Positions 63,390 through 64,000 of a stretch of DNA of 64,000 nucleotides are shown here, one piece after another. The stretch is from the NCBI GenBank assembly GCA_024276995.1, contig JAJRWB010000014.1, positions 71,712-135,711 on the forward strand, in the 5' to 3' direction. Position 1 is the first letter of the stretch, and the number at the start of each line of letters is the position of its first letter. The translations under genes and the position numbers were made by a program. The notes beneath the pieces are model-generated. The model was not told the origin of the DNA and searched no databases. It worked only from the letters and a program-made list of their open reading frames with translations. The DNA is from Candidatus Eiseniibacteriota bacterium. Its GTDB lineage: Bacteria; Orphanbacterota; Orphanbacteria; Orphanbacterales; Orphanbacteraceae.

Positions 63390-64000
63390 CGGTTCCTCCC
63401 TTCGCGCCGCGCACCGAAATGGCGGCGGATGAGGAGGACCGCGTCGAAGAGAACCGATCCGTAGAGAGGAACGAACACCACCGCGAAGAGGAGGTTCTCG
63501 AGCGGCTCGAGGGCCGGGGCGGAGAGAATGGGGAACGGTTTCACCACCGGTCCGCGGCACGCCCAACCGAGGAGGAAAGCGAGGGCCGGCGCCGCGAAGA
63601 GGACGCCCTTCACATAACGGCCGAGGTAAAGGTGGGCGCCGCCGGGGAAGAGGATTCCAAGACTGAGCGCCACGGGGCGGTGGTACTGCACCGTGCCCGG
63701 GGCCCAACGGAAGGAGTGACTCCCCTCGGCGCACGAGGGACAAACATCGGTCCTGTCCCGGCGGCGGCGGCACTCCCTGCAGATCACGGCGCCGCAGCGA
63801 ACGCATTTCATCGTCCGGGGACGCGTCGCGCCGAAGCGCCACGACACGAACAGGAGGGCGGCTATCGGGATCGCCGCCCATGCCGGCAGGGGAAAGAGGA
63901 GCCGCCGCGTGCTGGAGAGCGACTCGCCCCACGTCAGGCCGTCGCGGCGAGTGCCTCCGGTGAGAAAGCGGTTCCACAGTCGTGACACCGGCAGCGCCTC
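63386..64000 (-). CDS. hypothetical membrane protein with a CxxC..CxxC zinc-ribbon motif; reaches the window end
   Basis: Minus-strand ORF 63386..63988 (MSRLWNRF..). Contains ..MKCVRCGAVICRECRRRRDRTDVCPSC.. plus TM segments. ATGA overlap with the downstream DUF4388 gene. The true start may lie beyond the window. Confidence 0.35.
   Translation of the reverse strand, partial: EALPVSRLWNRFLTGGTRRDGLTWGESLSSTRRLLFPLPAWAAIPIAALLFVSWRFGATRPRTMKCVRCGAVICRECRRRRDRTDVCPSCAEGSHSFRWAPGTVQYHRPVALSLGILFPGGAHLYLGRYVKGVLFAAPALAFLLGWACRGPVVKPFPILSAPALEPLENLLFAVVFVPLYGSVLFDAVLLIRRHFGARREGRNR

Overview
High-GC (about 65-70 % by eye), gene-dense stretch of a chromosome from a diderm bacterium. Almost all genes are on the + strand and arranged in compact operons with many ATGA/GTGA start-stop overlaps. 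Shine-Dalgarno GGAGG motifs and frequent GTG/TTG starts are present. The window carries T9SS parts (SprA, a PorV/UPF0164 protein, a cargo protein with a Por_Secre_tail C-terminal domain), a GWxTD-type protein, BamD, and the Lpt/KDO/LpxL envelope pathway. It also encodes sigma-54 together with HprK/HPr/EI. Together these point to an FCB-superphylum-like organism, possibly Gemmatimonadota-like or a related candidate phylum; this is inference only.

Content from left to right:
- glycine cleavage operon (gcvT' H PA PB)
- two orphan Opp/Dpp-type ABC ATPases
- an accessory envelope island (about 5.7-22.3 kb): SusC-like TonB-dependent receptor, T9SS-CTD cargo protein, PorV-like porin, GWxTD protein, exbB-exbD-exbD-tonB, Yip1-like protein, TolC, a MacB-type ATPase, NlpC/P60-SH3 peptidase, small membrane proteins and a TonB-C domain protein
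- bamD-nadD-rng
- rplU-rpmA
- kdsB-pyrG-kdsA-kdsD
- lpxL-lptC-lptB-rpoN-hpf-hprK-ptsH-ptsI
- metK-ahcY
- lptFG (minus strand)
- a 2036-aa SprA T9SS translocon gene, followed by a glutaminyl-cyclase/M28 gene interrupted by an in-frame TAG
- rimP-nusA-ylxR-L7Ae-infB-DUF503-rbfA-truB-ribF
- rpsO-pnp
- a polysaccharide deacetylase plus UbiA prenyltransferase
- a DUF4388 protein and a zinc-ribbon membrane protein (minus strand)

No rRNA, tRNA, CRISPR array or mobile element was found.

The most interesting signals:
1. Two perfect sigma-54 -24/-12 elements (TGGCAC-N5-TTGC). One lies upstream of sprA and is accompanied by a 17-bp dyad at about -85. The other lies upstream of the lpxL-lptCB-rpoN operon.
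2. A self-contained TBDT, T9SS-cargo, PorV, GWxTD and ExbBDD-TonB module.
3. The in-frame amber codon in the glutaminyl-cyclase gene next to sprA.
4. A recurring near-consensus TTGACA-N17-TAGAGT promoter architecture.
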